From: a virus
Taxonomy: Duplodnaviria > Caudoviricetes
Direction: 5' to 3' (one strand)
Virus record (IMG/VR): IMGVR_UViG_3300029319_000051
Span: 1 to 58,119 of that record
Length of the DNA: 58,119 nucleotides
The notes under the pieces: generated by a model
The model's input: the letters and a program-made list of their open reading frames with translations, nothing else
What the model was told of the DNA's origin: nothing
Databases searched by the model: none
Part shown: one piece after another, positions 45,058 to 54,167 of the stretch
Layout of the letters: each line of letters starts with the position of its first letter
How positions within the stretch are numbered: the first letter of the stretch is position 1
Translations under genes and position numbers: made by a program

Positions 45058-47465
45058 TCTCCTTGCTATTTTTGTTGCCGATGTTGGCTTCGGCCCAAAC
45101 AGGTTGGATAAACTTTGAGTTTCAAGCCGATCAGTACGGGGGTGAGAGCACCTGGGAGATCTATATGGTTGGCTCTGACAGCATATATGCTGCTGGAGGA
45201 CCATACGAGTCAAACTCATACACTGAGCAGCTGATTACCCTGCCAGCTGGTGAGTACAACCTAGTGGTAAACGACGAGTTTGGAGATGGCATTTGTTGCG
45301 AGTTCGGAGAGGGGTGGTTTGGTTTTGAAAACAGCTGCGGAGTCAACACATACGTATATGACTTTGCATCAGAACAGGTAACTGTACCCTTCAACCTATT
45401 GCCATGTCCTCCGCCAGTATCTGGCTGCATGGATGAAGACGCGAACAACTACAACCCACAAGCGTATTTCGACGCGAACAACTGCCTTTATGACGTTACC
45501 TTCAGGCTGGATCTTAATGGACCGCATCCGCCTGAGATAGACATCCCAGAGGTAAACTCATCGGCTAACGCATGGTGCGGGAATTGTTGGCCCATGTCTG
45601 ACGAAGACGGGGATGGCGTTTGGGAGGTCACAGTAGAGATGCCAGAAGGAGAACACCTTTGGAAGTTTTCTGCTGACGAATGGGAGGTTCAGGAATTGCC
45701 AGTAGGCGTTTCTGAGTCTCCTTGTTTTTTGTTCGATGAGTTTGGGTATGTCAACAGAACAATAAACGTGCAGGGGGACATGATGCTGCCTCCATTTTGC
45801 TGGGAAAGCTGTCTGCCCTGTGGTGCTATTCCAGGGTGTACAAATCCTAACGCTAGCAACTGGAGTCCTTGGGCAAACTTTGACAACGGATCGTGTAGTG
45901 GACTTGGGGCTAACTGCCAGCCTTGGGAGACAGAGATTACAACCATTCTTGTTTCAGACAACTATCCTGAAGAGACAAGCTTCAATGTTTACAACGTAAC
46001 GTCAGGCGAAGAGCTGCTGGACGTATCTATCGGGGATGTGTCTCAGCTAGTTGTTGGGGTTCCGATGGCGTTCTCTACATGCGCCACAGTAGGCGATGTT
46101 GTTGAGGTAGAAATATCTGACAGCTTTGGTGACGGACTTGGGGCTTCTCAGTGGGGTGGTCAAGACGGAACAGCACTTGTCGTGGCTTGTGGAGACACTC
46201 TGTGGGAGTTGCCTGAAGCAGACTTCGGATACACTGTGTTTACAGATTTTAACACCCCTGCTTGTATTGGCGTTGAAGATGTGGTGGGGTGCGGAGACCC
46301 AGACTACCTGGAGTACAACCCAGACGCAACGATCCAGCTTGACGTCTTGTGTGAGACTCTCGCTGTGTATGGGTGCGTAGATGATTCATACTTCAACTAC
46401 GATTCACTTGCAAACACAGAAGATGCGATAGACTCTTGTTTTTATACGCTGACGATTACAGACGGTGTTGGAGACGGTTGGTTTGGGAGCTGGCTTGGGA
46501 TTTACCAAGACGGATGGACATCTCCTCAGTACAAAATGGGGCCGAATGACGGAAACGAAGAAACCTTTGATGTGTATCTGTCATCTGAGGAGGAGATAGA
46601 GCTGTTCTTCTTTACGACTCCTCAGTCTCAAAACCAAGTGGCTCAGTGCGGTTTCATGCTTGTGGGCCCAACAGGTGATACCCTCATCGATGTTTCGCAG
46701 TGGAGCATCACACCCTTCCCAAACACATACACGGTAACTCCTTACTGCGGAAACAGCTGCATTCCTTTTGTCTACGGATGCACCGACGATCTCGCACAGA
46801 ACTACAGCTCATCAGCAAACGCAGACGACAACAGCTGCTACTACAACGCTGGATGCACTCAGGCTGGATATTTAGAGTACTACACTCAAGGCTATGAAGC
46901 CGACTACGATGACGGCAGCTGCCTTACCCTAGCGCTGTTCGGTTGCACAGATCCAGATGCCTTGAACTACGATCCAGAAGCCAACGTGGACATTGACTCT
47001 TGCATAGACGTTGTTGAGGGGTGCATGGACATATACGCTTACAACTACAACGAAGACGCAAACACACCGACAAATGATTGCCTGTATGATGCTGGCTGTG
47101 TGACTGGACCAGGAGAGCCATACTGGGCTAACGACTACTGCTACTCATGGGTTATAGAGGTTGACCCGTACTGCTGCGAAACAGCGTGGGATGGAGTGTG
47201 TGAGCAGATGTATGACTACTGCGAGCAGGGAGTAACTTCAGTTGATATTGTTGATAGATCAGAGCTGCACTTTTTCCCAAACCCTACGTCTGGCATCGTA
47301 AACATTCAAGCACCCACAGGCACAAGAGTAAAGGTGTTTGATGCTAGGGGGAGGTTTGTTGCGACAACCACGGGCAGCACCGTAGAGCTACCATCTCCAG
47401 GCCTTTATGTTGTCACAGCTAACTACAAAGGTGTAATCAAGAGAGAAACAATCATAAGACAATGA
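45045..47465 (+). CDS. Secreted Cys-rich repeat protein with a T9SS type A C-terminal sorting domain
   Basis: Signal peptide (...LASA/Q), eight GCxD..A.NY-type repeats, three D.xGDG modules, a CBM-like domain, and terminal FPNPT.G...VFDARGR...PGLYVV. Confidence 0.85.
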   Translation: MQRIISLLFLLPMLASAQTGWINFEFQADQYGGESTWEIYMVGSDSIYAAGGPYESNSYTEQLITLPAGEYNLVVNDEFGDGICCEFGEGWFGFENSCGVNTYVYDFASEQVTVPFNLLPCPPPVSGCMDEDANNYNPQAYFDANNCLYDVTFRLDLNGPHPPEIDIPEVNSSANAWCGNCWPMSDEDGDGVWEVTVEMPEGEHLWKFSADEWEVQELPVGVSESPCFLFDEFGYVNRTINVQGDMMLPPFCWESCLPCGAIPGCTNPNASNWSPWANFDNGSCSGLGANCQPWETEITTILVSDNYPEETSFNVYNVTSGEELLDVSIGDVSQLVVGVPMAFSTCATVGDVVEVEISDSFGDGLGASQWGGQDGTALVVACGDTLWELPEADFGYTVFTDFNTPACIGVEDVVGCGDPDYLEYNPDATIQLDVLCETLAVYGCVDDSYFNYDSLANTEDAIDSCFYTLTITDGVGDGWFGSWLGIYQDGWTSPQYKMGPNDGNEETFDVYLSSEEEIELFFFTTPQSQNQVAQCGFMLVGPTGDTLIDVSQWSITPFPNTYTVTPYCGNSCIPFVYGCTDDLAQNYSSSANADDNSCYYNAGCTQAGYLEYYTQGYEADYDDGSCLTLALFGCTDPDALNYDPEANVDIDSCIDVVEGCMDIYAYNYNEDANTPTNDCLYDAGCVTGPGEPYWANDYCYSWVIEVDPYCCETAWDGVCEQMYDYCEQGVTSVDIVDRSELHFFPNPTSGIVNIQAPTGTRVKVFDARGRFVATTTGSTVELPSPGLYVVTANYKGVIKRETIIRQ

Positions 47466-47665
47466 GAGTTAGAAAGAAGAAAAAAAACAAAGTAGATTAC
47501 AGCACTGCATACGAAGGCGCCATTGGCAAAAGCAGTAGTCGGCAAGCCGCAGAAAAAATGTGGGCTAGCAAGGCTTCTGCTGAAGAAATGAGTCTTGGGT
47601 CAAAGACAACCATGGATCAAGACGGTAATTACATAGTAAGAACTAGACTTTCGTCAAAGGCATGA
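47462..47665 (+). CDS. Small basic protein
   Basis: 67 aa; ATGA overlaps at both ends. Confidence 0.6.
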   Translation: MRVRKKKKNKVDYSTAYEGAIGKSSSRQAAEKMWASKASAEEMSLGSKTTMDQDGNYIVRTRLSSKA

Positions 47666-48708
47666 AACACTTAGCCGCCATAGTTCTTTTTGTTTTGCCT
47701 TTTGTTGCAAACGGCCAAAGCAACTTCTACAAAGAAGTGCTGAGAAGAGCTACGTTTTATGCAGCTGTAAACGGAGGTAACTCTGTATCGGACGAAGATG
47801 TTTTTTCCGTGGCCACAGGACCGCTCACCACTGATGTTGTAGAGACTCCGTTTGATTACTCTCTGACCCTAGGGGTAAGAAAGATTGCAAGGTTTGGTTA
47901 CGAGAACAGAGCCAACGTGTTTTACGACGGCACAGAGAAGACATACGGCGATGCAGCCACCGTAGGTAAGTACGACGGTTTTGAGTTCTTAGCTGAGGCT
48001 GACTGGCGCAGACAGCAGGGTAAAAACTTCTTGGATCAAGATTACTTTGCCAGATACGTCGCAGATAGCTGGGTGGTAAAAACAGAATACCTTCAGGACG
48101 GGTTCGCAGACGTCAGATACTTTGAGGCTTCAGAAAGACTCAGAGTAAAGATTGGTAAAAAGCTGTCGTTCAACGCTGGTGTGGTCCAAAGGATTTCTCA
48201 GCCATACGGGTACGACCCTCTTCAGATATGGTTGTTGGACAACAATCAAATACACTATACAGCACTGGCTCTGGAGCAGGGGTACAGCGTTGATGTAAAC
48301 ACAGGAGAGTTCTTTTCCCCAGATGGAGAGATGGTTGCAAACGATCAGGCGGTATGGGAGCAGGTGGTGATACCTCAGGTGATTGACGAATACGTATCTG
48401 AAAAAAGAGCAGAGCTGGACAACCAGTGGCTTTACTCAGCGGTGTTGGGGTTTGACTTCTACCACTACGAAAAGGACTTTTGGCTGCACTCGTGGGGTAA
48501 CGTGATGCCTTATCACCTTGACACTGGCGATGAATACTCTTACCACAATTTCGTGAACAGCAGTCAGTGGGTAGACTTGGGCTTTGGTTTGGTGTTCGGA
48601 ACTAAGCTTACCAAGAGCTTTGGTATATTTGCAGAGGGCAAATACAACAGATACTGGAACAGAGAGTGGCATGACTTCTCTGTGGGACTCAACTACATAC
48701 TATTGTAA
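47662..48708 (+). CDS. Putative outer-membrane beta-barrel protein
   Basis: Signal peptide (...VANG/Q), aromatic-rich alternating strands, C-terminal FSVGLNY beta-signal-like strand. Confidence 0.7.
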   Translation: MKHLAAIVLFVLPFVANGQSNFYKEVLRRATFYAAVNGGNSVSDEDVFSVATGPLTTDVVETPFDYSLTLGVRKIARFGYENRANVFYDGTEKTYGDAATVGKYDGFEFLAEADWRRQQGKNFLDQDYFARYVADSWVVKTEYLQDGFADVRYFEASERLRVKIGKKLSFNAGVVQRISQPYGYDPLQIWLLDNNQIHYTALALEQGYSVDVNTGEFFSPDGEMVANDQAVWEQVVIPQVIDEYVSEKRAELDNQWLYSAVLGFDFYHYEKDFWLHSWGNVMPYHLDTGDEYSYHNFVNSSQWVDLGFGLVFGTKLTKSFGIFAEGKYNRYWNREWHDFSVGLNYILL

Positions 48709-48992
48709 TGGCACAACAAATTGGAGAAGACACTAAGGTAACGCTCGATCTCAAGACGCTTGGGATGGTGGCGGCAGGGATAGGCACTGTTGTGGCTATG
48801 TGGTTTGCGTTGCAAGCGGACATTGCTGAGGCAAAGGAGCTGCCCCTTCCTGCTGAGCCAGAGATCACGCGCATGGAGTTTGACATGAAAGATCAGCTGG
48901 TTCGCCAAACAATCATGACGACTCAAGAAGATGTGACTGAAATCAAAGAAGATATCAAGCGCATCGAAGAGAAAATAGACCAACTAAAATGA
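48708..48992 (+). CDS. Single-TM coiled-coil membrane protein
   Basis: One hydrophobic helix followed by a heptad-rich C-terminus. Confidence 0.7.
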   Translation: MAQQIGEDTKVTLDLKTLGMVAAGIGTVVAMWFALQADIAEAKELPLPAEPEITRMEFDMKDQLVRQTIMTTQEDVTEIKEDIKRIEEKIDQLK

Positions 48993-48995
48993 CAA

Positions 48996-49361
48996 ATGAA
49001 ACTCATATCAACCCTGTATGTGTGCTTTGCATTATTTCTGGCGGCGGTTTTTGTAACGCCTGCAGAAAATAATCAGGTATGCAGTTCTGGCATTTGTGTT
49101 GTTGAGTTCAACGCGAGCTTCAACGCATCAAACACTGTGCCCTGGATCGAAGATCTAAACGACTGTTATACAAGTCGAGTTGACATTGTGGCCTCTCCTG
49201 AACTGCAAAGAGAGCACAAGATTGTTGTAGTCCCAACCATCGTTGTCTTCAACGAGGGAGAGGAGGTAAAAAGGTTTCAAGCAAACATCATGATGTCAAT
49301 GGAGGCATCAAAAGAAGATGTTCAAGAAGCCATTGATGAGGTAATACTCAACGACTTTTAA
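48996..49361 (+). CDS. Exported thioredoxin-fold protein lacking the canonical CxxC
   Basis: Signal peptide; VVEFNASFN at the WCxxC position; cis-Pro motif VVPTIVVFNEGEEVKRF. Confidence 0.7.
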   Translation: MKLISTLYVCFALFLAAVFVTPAENNQVCSSGICVVEFNASFNASNTVPWIEDLNDCYTSRVDIVASPELQREHKIVVVPTIVVFNEGEEVKRFQANIMMSMEASKEDVQEAIDEVILNDF

Positions 49362-49600
49362 ACCCACGTCACCTTGATGGTGAGTGCCATGTCTTTGAGG
49401 TCGTAGAACTCCTCTCTAACCATCTTCTCGATGATTGGGTAGAGGTAGCAGTGAGCTACTTCTTCTTCACTTGTTTCCGTAAAGATCCGTTGGAATCCAT
49501 TCTTGTTTATCCCAGCATCGACGTGGATAAACTTAAAGTCCTTTGATACTACTGCCTTCACGACTTGGTGGTATTGTTTGTCGGGGCTAAAATCACTCAT
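49358..49600 (-). CDS. Hypothetical protein
   Basis: 80 aa; last gene of the minus-strand block, convergent with the late block. Confidence 0.6.
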   Translation of the reverse strand: MSDFSPDKQYHQVVKAVVSKDFKFIHVDAGINKNGFQRIFTETSEEEVAHCYLYPIIEKMVREEFYDLKDMALTIKVTWV

Positions 49601-49602
49601 GC

Positions 49603-49764
49603 TTAGACTATTGGAGGCTGTCTAGACAGCATTTCTAAAAAGTCAACCATGTCGATGATGCCGTTGCTATTGAAGTCCAGCGCATACGCATCATCCTCGG
49701 GATCGGGAGATGAACCATACGCCTGAAGCAAAAGAAGCAAATCCATTATGTAAGTTGACCACAT
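49603..49764 (-). CDS. Small dockerin/EF-hand-like peptide (53 aa)
   Basis: Read manually: DLLLLLQAYG...LDFNSNGIIDMVDFLEML. Confidence 0.6.
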   Translation of the reverse strand: MWSTYIMDLLLLLQAYGSSPDPEDDAYALDFNSNGIIDMVDFLEMLSRQPPIV

Positions 49765-49794
49765 ACCTTTGGTACGTTGTTTAACGTAAAAAAG

Positions 49795-50055
49795 TTACGG
49801 GCGCTCTACCCTTACTCTCAAGACGTAGACGTCAGGTACGTCAGTCTCAACAAGAGTGTAGGCCGTTCCCATGTAGTCATACTCAGTGGCCCCCAACAAA
49901 ATCTCACACTCAAAGTATTTAACTGGATGGTTACCGTCCCACTTAGTGGCGATAAGCAAATCACAGTTGTACTTCTCTGGGTGAACGAAAAGTTTCTTTG
50001 GTGCTGTGCTGCATCCAGCAGCAAGCAAGGTCAATAACAGTGCTGTTGTTCTCAT
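49795..50055 (-). CDS. Small lipoprotein
   Basis: MRTTALLLTLLAAG-C lipobox. Confidence 0.7.
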   Translation of the reverse strand: MRTTALLLTLLAAGCSTAPKKLFVHPEKYNCDLLIATKWDGNHPVKYFECEILLGATEYDYMGTAYTLVETDVPDVYVLRVRVERP

Positions 50056-50111
50056 GGGGCTAAACTAGATGAGCCCTAAACAACAACCAAGAAAAACCTA
50101 TATAATGATGA

Positions 50112-50321
50112 TTATGTGTCGCTCTGTTTTGCTATTAGAGCGTATGTCCTGCAATCGATCTGCCTGATCGGTTCGATAAAGTTTTTGTCGCAGTAATCAT
50201 TGATCTTTTTCTGCTCGTCAGGTGTGTTCGTAATACACACATTGGCGGCTTGATACTTAGCATTCTGCTCAAGAAGGGCGTCTATTTTGCGCTTCAATCT
50301 TTTGTGTTTATTAGTTTTCAT
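50112..50321 (-). CDS. Hypothetical protein
   Basis: 69-aa ORF co-oriented with its neighbours. Confidence 0.6.
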   Translation of the reverse strand: MKTNKHKRLKRKIDALLEQNAKYQAANVCITNTPDEQKKINDYCDKNFIEPIRQIDCRTYALIAKQSDT

Positions 50322-50337
50322 GGACCGATAAAGATAG

Positions 50338-50841
50338 TCAATATCTTTGATCGTATTCCCAAACTCTATAAGACATTAACGACTTGAGATCGTGTAACTT
50401 AAGGATAGAGATGACATCCTGCCTATCTTTCCGAGTGTACTTTTTGAGGTATGCTTCCTTCTTGTTTGTCACTTTTTCGTTACGAACATGCTTCTCACAA
50501 AAAAAGGCGAGTTCCTCACGATCAACGATCGAGAACCCACCTTCCTCAGGCATATCAAAAGCTATAATTGTAGCGCCCCCATACATCCAGCCATCGTTTC
50601 CTCTGACGTTCTTGAACTCAACCCATATCTCATCAGGCAAGTTGTTTCCTTTTACATCGACCCCCCATCTTTTGCCGTTTGAAGACATAGCAAGCCAATA
50701 GTCTATGTGTTCATGTATGTCTTCAGTGTGGGTGGATTTGGTGACAAGGAGTCCTTTATGTCTTGCTGCCCTGATAAACCTAACCTCAGCCACACGGCCA
50801 GTAGCGTTACTGTACGTCCTTCGCTTCTGACTCGTGCTCAT
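50338..50841 (-). CDS. PD-(D/E)xK superfamily nuclease
   Basis: G..AE..F, HID, VDVKG and WVEFKN motifs. Confidence 0.7.
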   Translation of the reverse strand: MSTSQKRRTYSNATGRVAEVRFIRAARHKGLLVTKSTHTEDIHEHIDYWLAMSSNGKRWGVDVKGNNLPDEIWVEFKNVRGNDGWMYGGATIIAFDMPEEGGFSIVDREELAFFCEKHVRNEKVTNKKEAYLKKYTRKDRQDVISILKLHDLKSLMSYRVWEYDQRY

Positions 50842-51034
50842 CGACGGCTGATTTGATTAGATCTAACTCGTGGTAGATTGCCGTCCTCACACCTTCCATC
50901 GCCTCTTCTACTTCACCTGTAAGCTCCATGGGAATGCCTTCCTCTTTGTGCAAGGCCTCATAAAGATCGTCTACGATCTCATGAATCTTATCACAAGCAT
51001 GGTAGTAATACCAGCTTAGTTTAGATATCTCCAT
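50807..51034 (-). CDS. Acidic helical hypothetical protein
   Basis: 75-aa ORF overlapping both neighbours. Confidence 0.6.
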   Translation of the reverse strand: MEISKLSWYYYHACDKIHEIVDDLYEALHKEEGIPMELTGEVEEAMEGVRTAIYHELDLIKSAVDEHESEAKDVQ

Positions 51035-51494
51035 CCTTGATTGATTTTAGGATTTCCTGAATAGCGTGATCCACTTGACCGCCGTTCTTGGCTAAAAATA
51101 CAATCGTTTTTGCTTGGTTTCCAACTAAATGCTGTAAAAAAAGTTTCCACCGCATGGGAAAGTCGTGGTGAGAAGGAAGGTATCCCTTTGTTTCAATGAT
51201 CCAATCATGATCCCTGCCCACGAAATCAGGCTTGTATGTGATAGGGAGTACGACCGACCCTGACTTGTCGGTCATCTCCTTACTCTTTGCAGTCATCTTA
51301 AAATACTTGTTAGGGAATCGAAACCTTTCCATCAGTTCAAACTGATGTTCTTCATAATCGAAAGCTAACCCGTATTCTTTAAGCTGGTCAGCACAATACT
51401 TCTCAAGAGAACTAGCGTACTTCCCCAGTTGTTTTTTTTTGGCTGAACGCCTTTTCGGAGTCCTTGTACGTTTCTTCATATTCGAAGGTACCAA
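51021..51494 (-). CDS. T7 endonuclease I-like Holliday junction resolvase
   Basis: YASSLE...YE...YKPDF...IIETKG. Confidence 0.8.
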   Translation of the reverse strand: MVPSNMKKRTRTPKRRSAKKKQLGKYASSLEKYCADQLKEYGLAFDYEEHQFELMERFRFPNKYFKMTAKSKEMTDKSGSVVLPITYKPDFVGRDHDWIIETKGYLPSHHDFPMRWKLFLQHLVGNQAKTIVFLAKNGGQVDHAIQEILKSIKDGDI

Positions 51495-51509
51495 GGATTT
51501 TTTTGAAAA

Positions 51510-53318
51510 TCAACTCAGAAAACTCATGTTGATAGGCATGGTGGCTTCTTCGACAAACGTAATTGGCTGATACAGAGCCCTGTGGCCAATCATTGTTGTG
51601 AATCCAGTGTGAGAAAGATTCATCTGAATGCGGTATGGATCTTCAAGTGGGGTTGGTGCCCCACCTGTTTCTACCTCACGCACCTTTCGAACGTGTAACT
51701 CACTCATTTTGCGTATCTCAGGGTCCATTGCTTGAACCTTTCGGTGAATTGTCATGAAGCAATCCGCTCTGTTTACGAACTTTCCACCACCCTCTGTGTC
51801 TTCAGCATACGGAGCCACAGGCAATCCGTCGTCACCTTTGCGTCGTTGCGCCTCAGTGACGGCGTGCATGTTGAGCCATACAGCAACGTTGTTGGCCTTA
51901 CTGAATGTCAGGAACTCACTGGCCGCTTCGTAGTGGTAGTCGTGTACACCGATGCCACTCCCTTTCATGTCCAGCTTGAGGCTGTTGTAGGGGTCAACAA
52001 AGATCGCGTCTACTGGCTGCTGGCGCATCACTTTCTCCATGAATAGGATAATGTCACTGTAGCTGTAAATCTGATTGTTGTTGATGATAGTGAAATGTTC
52101 TTGCACCCACTTGTAAGCCTGCTTACGCTCAAGGTATGTCATGTCAGAAACCTTCTTGTCCATTGCGAACTGCATAAGGTTCATCTTGACGGATGCGGTG
52201 CGGTTCTCAGACGAGTAGATAACCCACTTCCACCCATGACGCACGGCTGAGTTGGCAATCAGGTACAGCATGGTTGTGGTTTTGCCCACGTTGGAGTGTC
52301 CGTTGACAATGACAAACTCTTTCTTGTATCGGAAGAACTGGTCGAGCTTCGGGTCACCTGTGTCAAGGCCAATCTCCACCTTGCCCTGCGAAAAGTCGTC
52401 AATCCATCGGAAGTCCTCGTCATCAGAAGAGATGAAGGACATATCTCCGTCATTCAGCAACATCTCACGCTTAGCTGACTTCTCCTCTGCAATGATGTCT
52501 TTGATAGGGGTCTGCTTGCCCTTCTCGATCCCTGCGATGATTGTCTGCTTGGCATGATCCTCGTTGTCCACCTCGCGCTTACACACCTCACGAAAAAGGA
52601 CTCGGATAACCTCCTCCTCCTCCATACGTCCAGCCGCTACATATCCTCCGCACAGAATAGCTGCTCGGTTGAGTGTAACCCACTTCTCCCCATCCTGTGC
52701 CTGCCGAATCATGCGGCAAGCAAGGTTGAGCTTCATGTAGTCGGTGTGGTCGTAGGCTTCGTTGGTTGGCACCTGAGCCTCTGCATGCTCAGTAGTGAAG
52801 TGACCAAACTTCTTGCAATCATCTTTGATGATGATGTCTGGGTCATACGACTCAAAGCATGCGCGAGATTCGTTGATACCCGATTCGTCTAGTTCTAGTC
52901 CGTGTGTTCTTTCGAAGTATTTGACAAGCGCTCTAAAGTGGTCTCTATGTCGCTCAGGGTTTGTAACCTTGACGAGAGCTTTGACTCCCGCTCCACTAGG
53001 CGAAGTCCAGCATGAATGAATGAAATCATCCGTGGCAAGAGCCCTTTTGGTCTGGTCAACATCAACGTGGTCAAAGTCCAGAATAATAAATCCCGAATGT
53101 TCGAAGAGCGCGTCATCGGAACGCGACGAAAACTCCCCGCTGAAACAGACAACGGGGAGCTCTTGTTTTTTCGTCTTGTCGCCATCTCTGACTTTAGATA
53201 CTAGCGTACTGGACTTCCCATTCTGTATCCTCTCCAGCGCTTGATGTAGTGGAATGTGATGGGGTGCTTTTTTGTCGAATACGTTCTTGAATATCGTGAC
53301 TTTCATTGTCTTTGGCAA
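51510..53318 (-). CDS. Primase-helicase (BT4734/VirE-N-like domain plus DnaB-like helicase)
   Basis: K..LP.V.FSG.F...HSG.IILDFD...SPSG.GVK N-terminal domain; Walker A GHSNVGKT, Walker B IFVDPYN. Confidence 0.85.
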   Translation of the reverse strand: MPKTMKVTIFKNVFDKKAPHHIPLHQALERIQNGKSSTLVSKVRDGDKTKKQELPVVCFSGEFSSRSDDALFEHSGFIILDFDHVDVDQTKRALATDDFIHSCWTSPSGAGVKALVKVTNPERHRDHFRALVKYFERTHGLELDESGINESRACFESYDPDIIIKDDCKKFGHFTTEHAEAQVPTNEAYDHTDYMKLNLACRMIRQAQDGEKWVTLNRAAILCGGYVAAGRMEEEEVIRVLFREVCKREVDNEDHAKQTIIAGIEKGKQTPIKDIIAEEKSAKREMLLNDGDMSFISSDDEDFRWIDDFSQGKVEIGLDTGDPKLDQFFRYKKEFVIVNGHSNVGKTTTMLYLIANSAVRHGWKWVIYSSENRTASVKMNLMQFAMDKKVSDMTYLERKQAYKWVQEHFTIINNNQIYSYSDIILFMEKVMRQQPVDAIFVDPYNSLKLDMKGSGIGVHDYHYEAASEFLTFSKANNVAVWLNMHAVTEAQRRKGDDGLPVAPYAEDTEGGGKFVNRADCFMTIHRKVQAMDPEIRKMSELHVRKVREVETGGAPTPLEDPYRIQMNLSHTGFTTMIGHRALYQPITFVEEATMPINMSFLS

Positions 53319-53559
53319 TCATTAAGAGAATTAGGTAACCAGCGAGGTCGAGCAAGGTGTCCTCCATATCATCGATAGGACCCGAGGTTTGAATGCGTTT
53401 GAGTTTGTCGTCGATGCGAGCCTTGATGCTCGTCACAGCGTTACACTTGGAGAAGATGTTCACTGGATCCAGTGATGCGTCTCCATACCTAGCGCTCTTC
53501 TGCAACAACAGGTCTTCAACCCTCTTGCATTTTGCCTTGATTTTGCTTCTTGTGTTCAT
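53194..53559 (-). CDS. DUF1599-like (nucleotide-modification-associated) protein
   Basis: K...YGD...RIDDKLKRI...EDTLLDLAGYLIL. Confidence 0.75.
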   Translation of the reverse strand: MNTRSKIKAKCKRVEDLLLQKSARYGDASLDPVNIFSKCNAVTSIKARIDDKLKRIQTSGPIDDMEDTLLDLAGYLILLMIAKDNESHDIQERIRQKSTPSHSTTSSAGEDTEWEVQYASI

Positions 53560-53782
53560 CTAGGGATATAGTTGAGTGTGAAATAAATTTTTTAGTGAGA
53601 ATGTCTCTGATGATAATGTGCTTGTCTGCTTTGCTGTTCTTCCCGAATATCTCTAACTCTAGTCGGGACATAGTCTTGTGGTCATACGAAGCAATGTCAC
53701 TAGGATTCTCGAACACAGAAACTATCCACACGACACGCTCGTGTACAGCCTTCCGTTTCTTGAAGGCGACACGAGCGGTCAT
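53516..53782 (-). CDS. Hypothetical protein
   Basis: Likely start at MTARVAF (53782); the longer track ORF overlaps the SSB gene. Confidence 0.55.
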   Translation of the reverse strand: MTARVAFKKRKAVHERVVWIVSVFENPSDIASYDHKTMSRLELEIFGKNSKADKHIIIRDILTKKFISHSTISLDEHKKQNQGKMQEG

Positions 53783-53801
53783 GTAATGGATAGGTGCGCC
53801 C

Positions 53802-54104
53802 TTAGAACGGGAGGGCATCCTCCGTAGAGGTCTCTGCTGCCTTGGCTGCGCGACGCTCCTTAGCAGCTGCGCTGTTAGGATCGAACACACGGCAGCAAGG
53901 CTTTCCGTTCTTGGACATGAACATGGTGACGTAGAGGTTACCCCCTTGACCCTGTTCGTTGCGAGAAGTTGCATACTTCTCAATCATCTCTTTGAGCTCT
54001 GTGTCCTTGAAGCGGACGTTCCAGCTCAACAACTCGCCTTCGTCGTTGTAACGAGGCTCTTCTGCGTACCCTACGAGTACTGAATCATATTGTTTATCGT
54101 TCAT
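53802..54104 (-). CDS. Putative single-stranded DNA-binding protein
   Basis: 100 aa, beta-rich, acidic tail EDALPF; located between the recombination genes and the primase-helicase. Confidence 0.65.
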   Translation of the reverse strand: MNDKQYDSVLVGYAEEPRYNDEGELLSWNVRFKDTELKEMIEKYATSRNEQGQGGNLYVTMFMSKNGKPCCRVFDPNSAAAKERRAAKAAETSTEDALPF

Positions 54105-54167
54105 GATAAAATAAATTTGTAAAAAAGGTTGTCAAAAATATAGAACGCTACTGCGTAAATCAAAATC

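Noticed and set aside
48624-48631. TATATTTG inside the beta-barrel gene (and TATATTTA at 7005)
   Set aside because: Both lie within coding sequence; they may be internal promoters, but cannot be distinguished from chance here.
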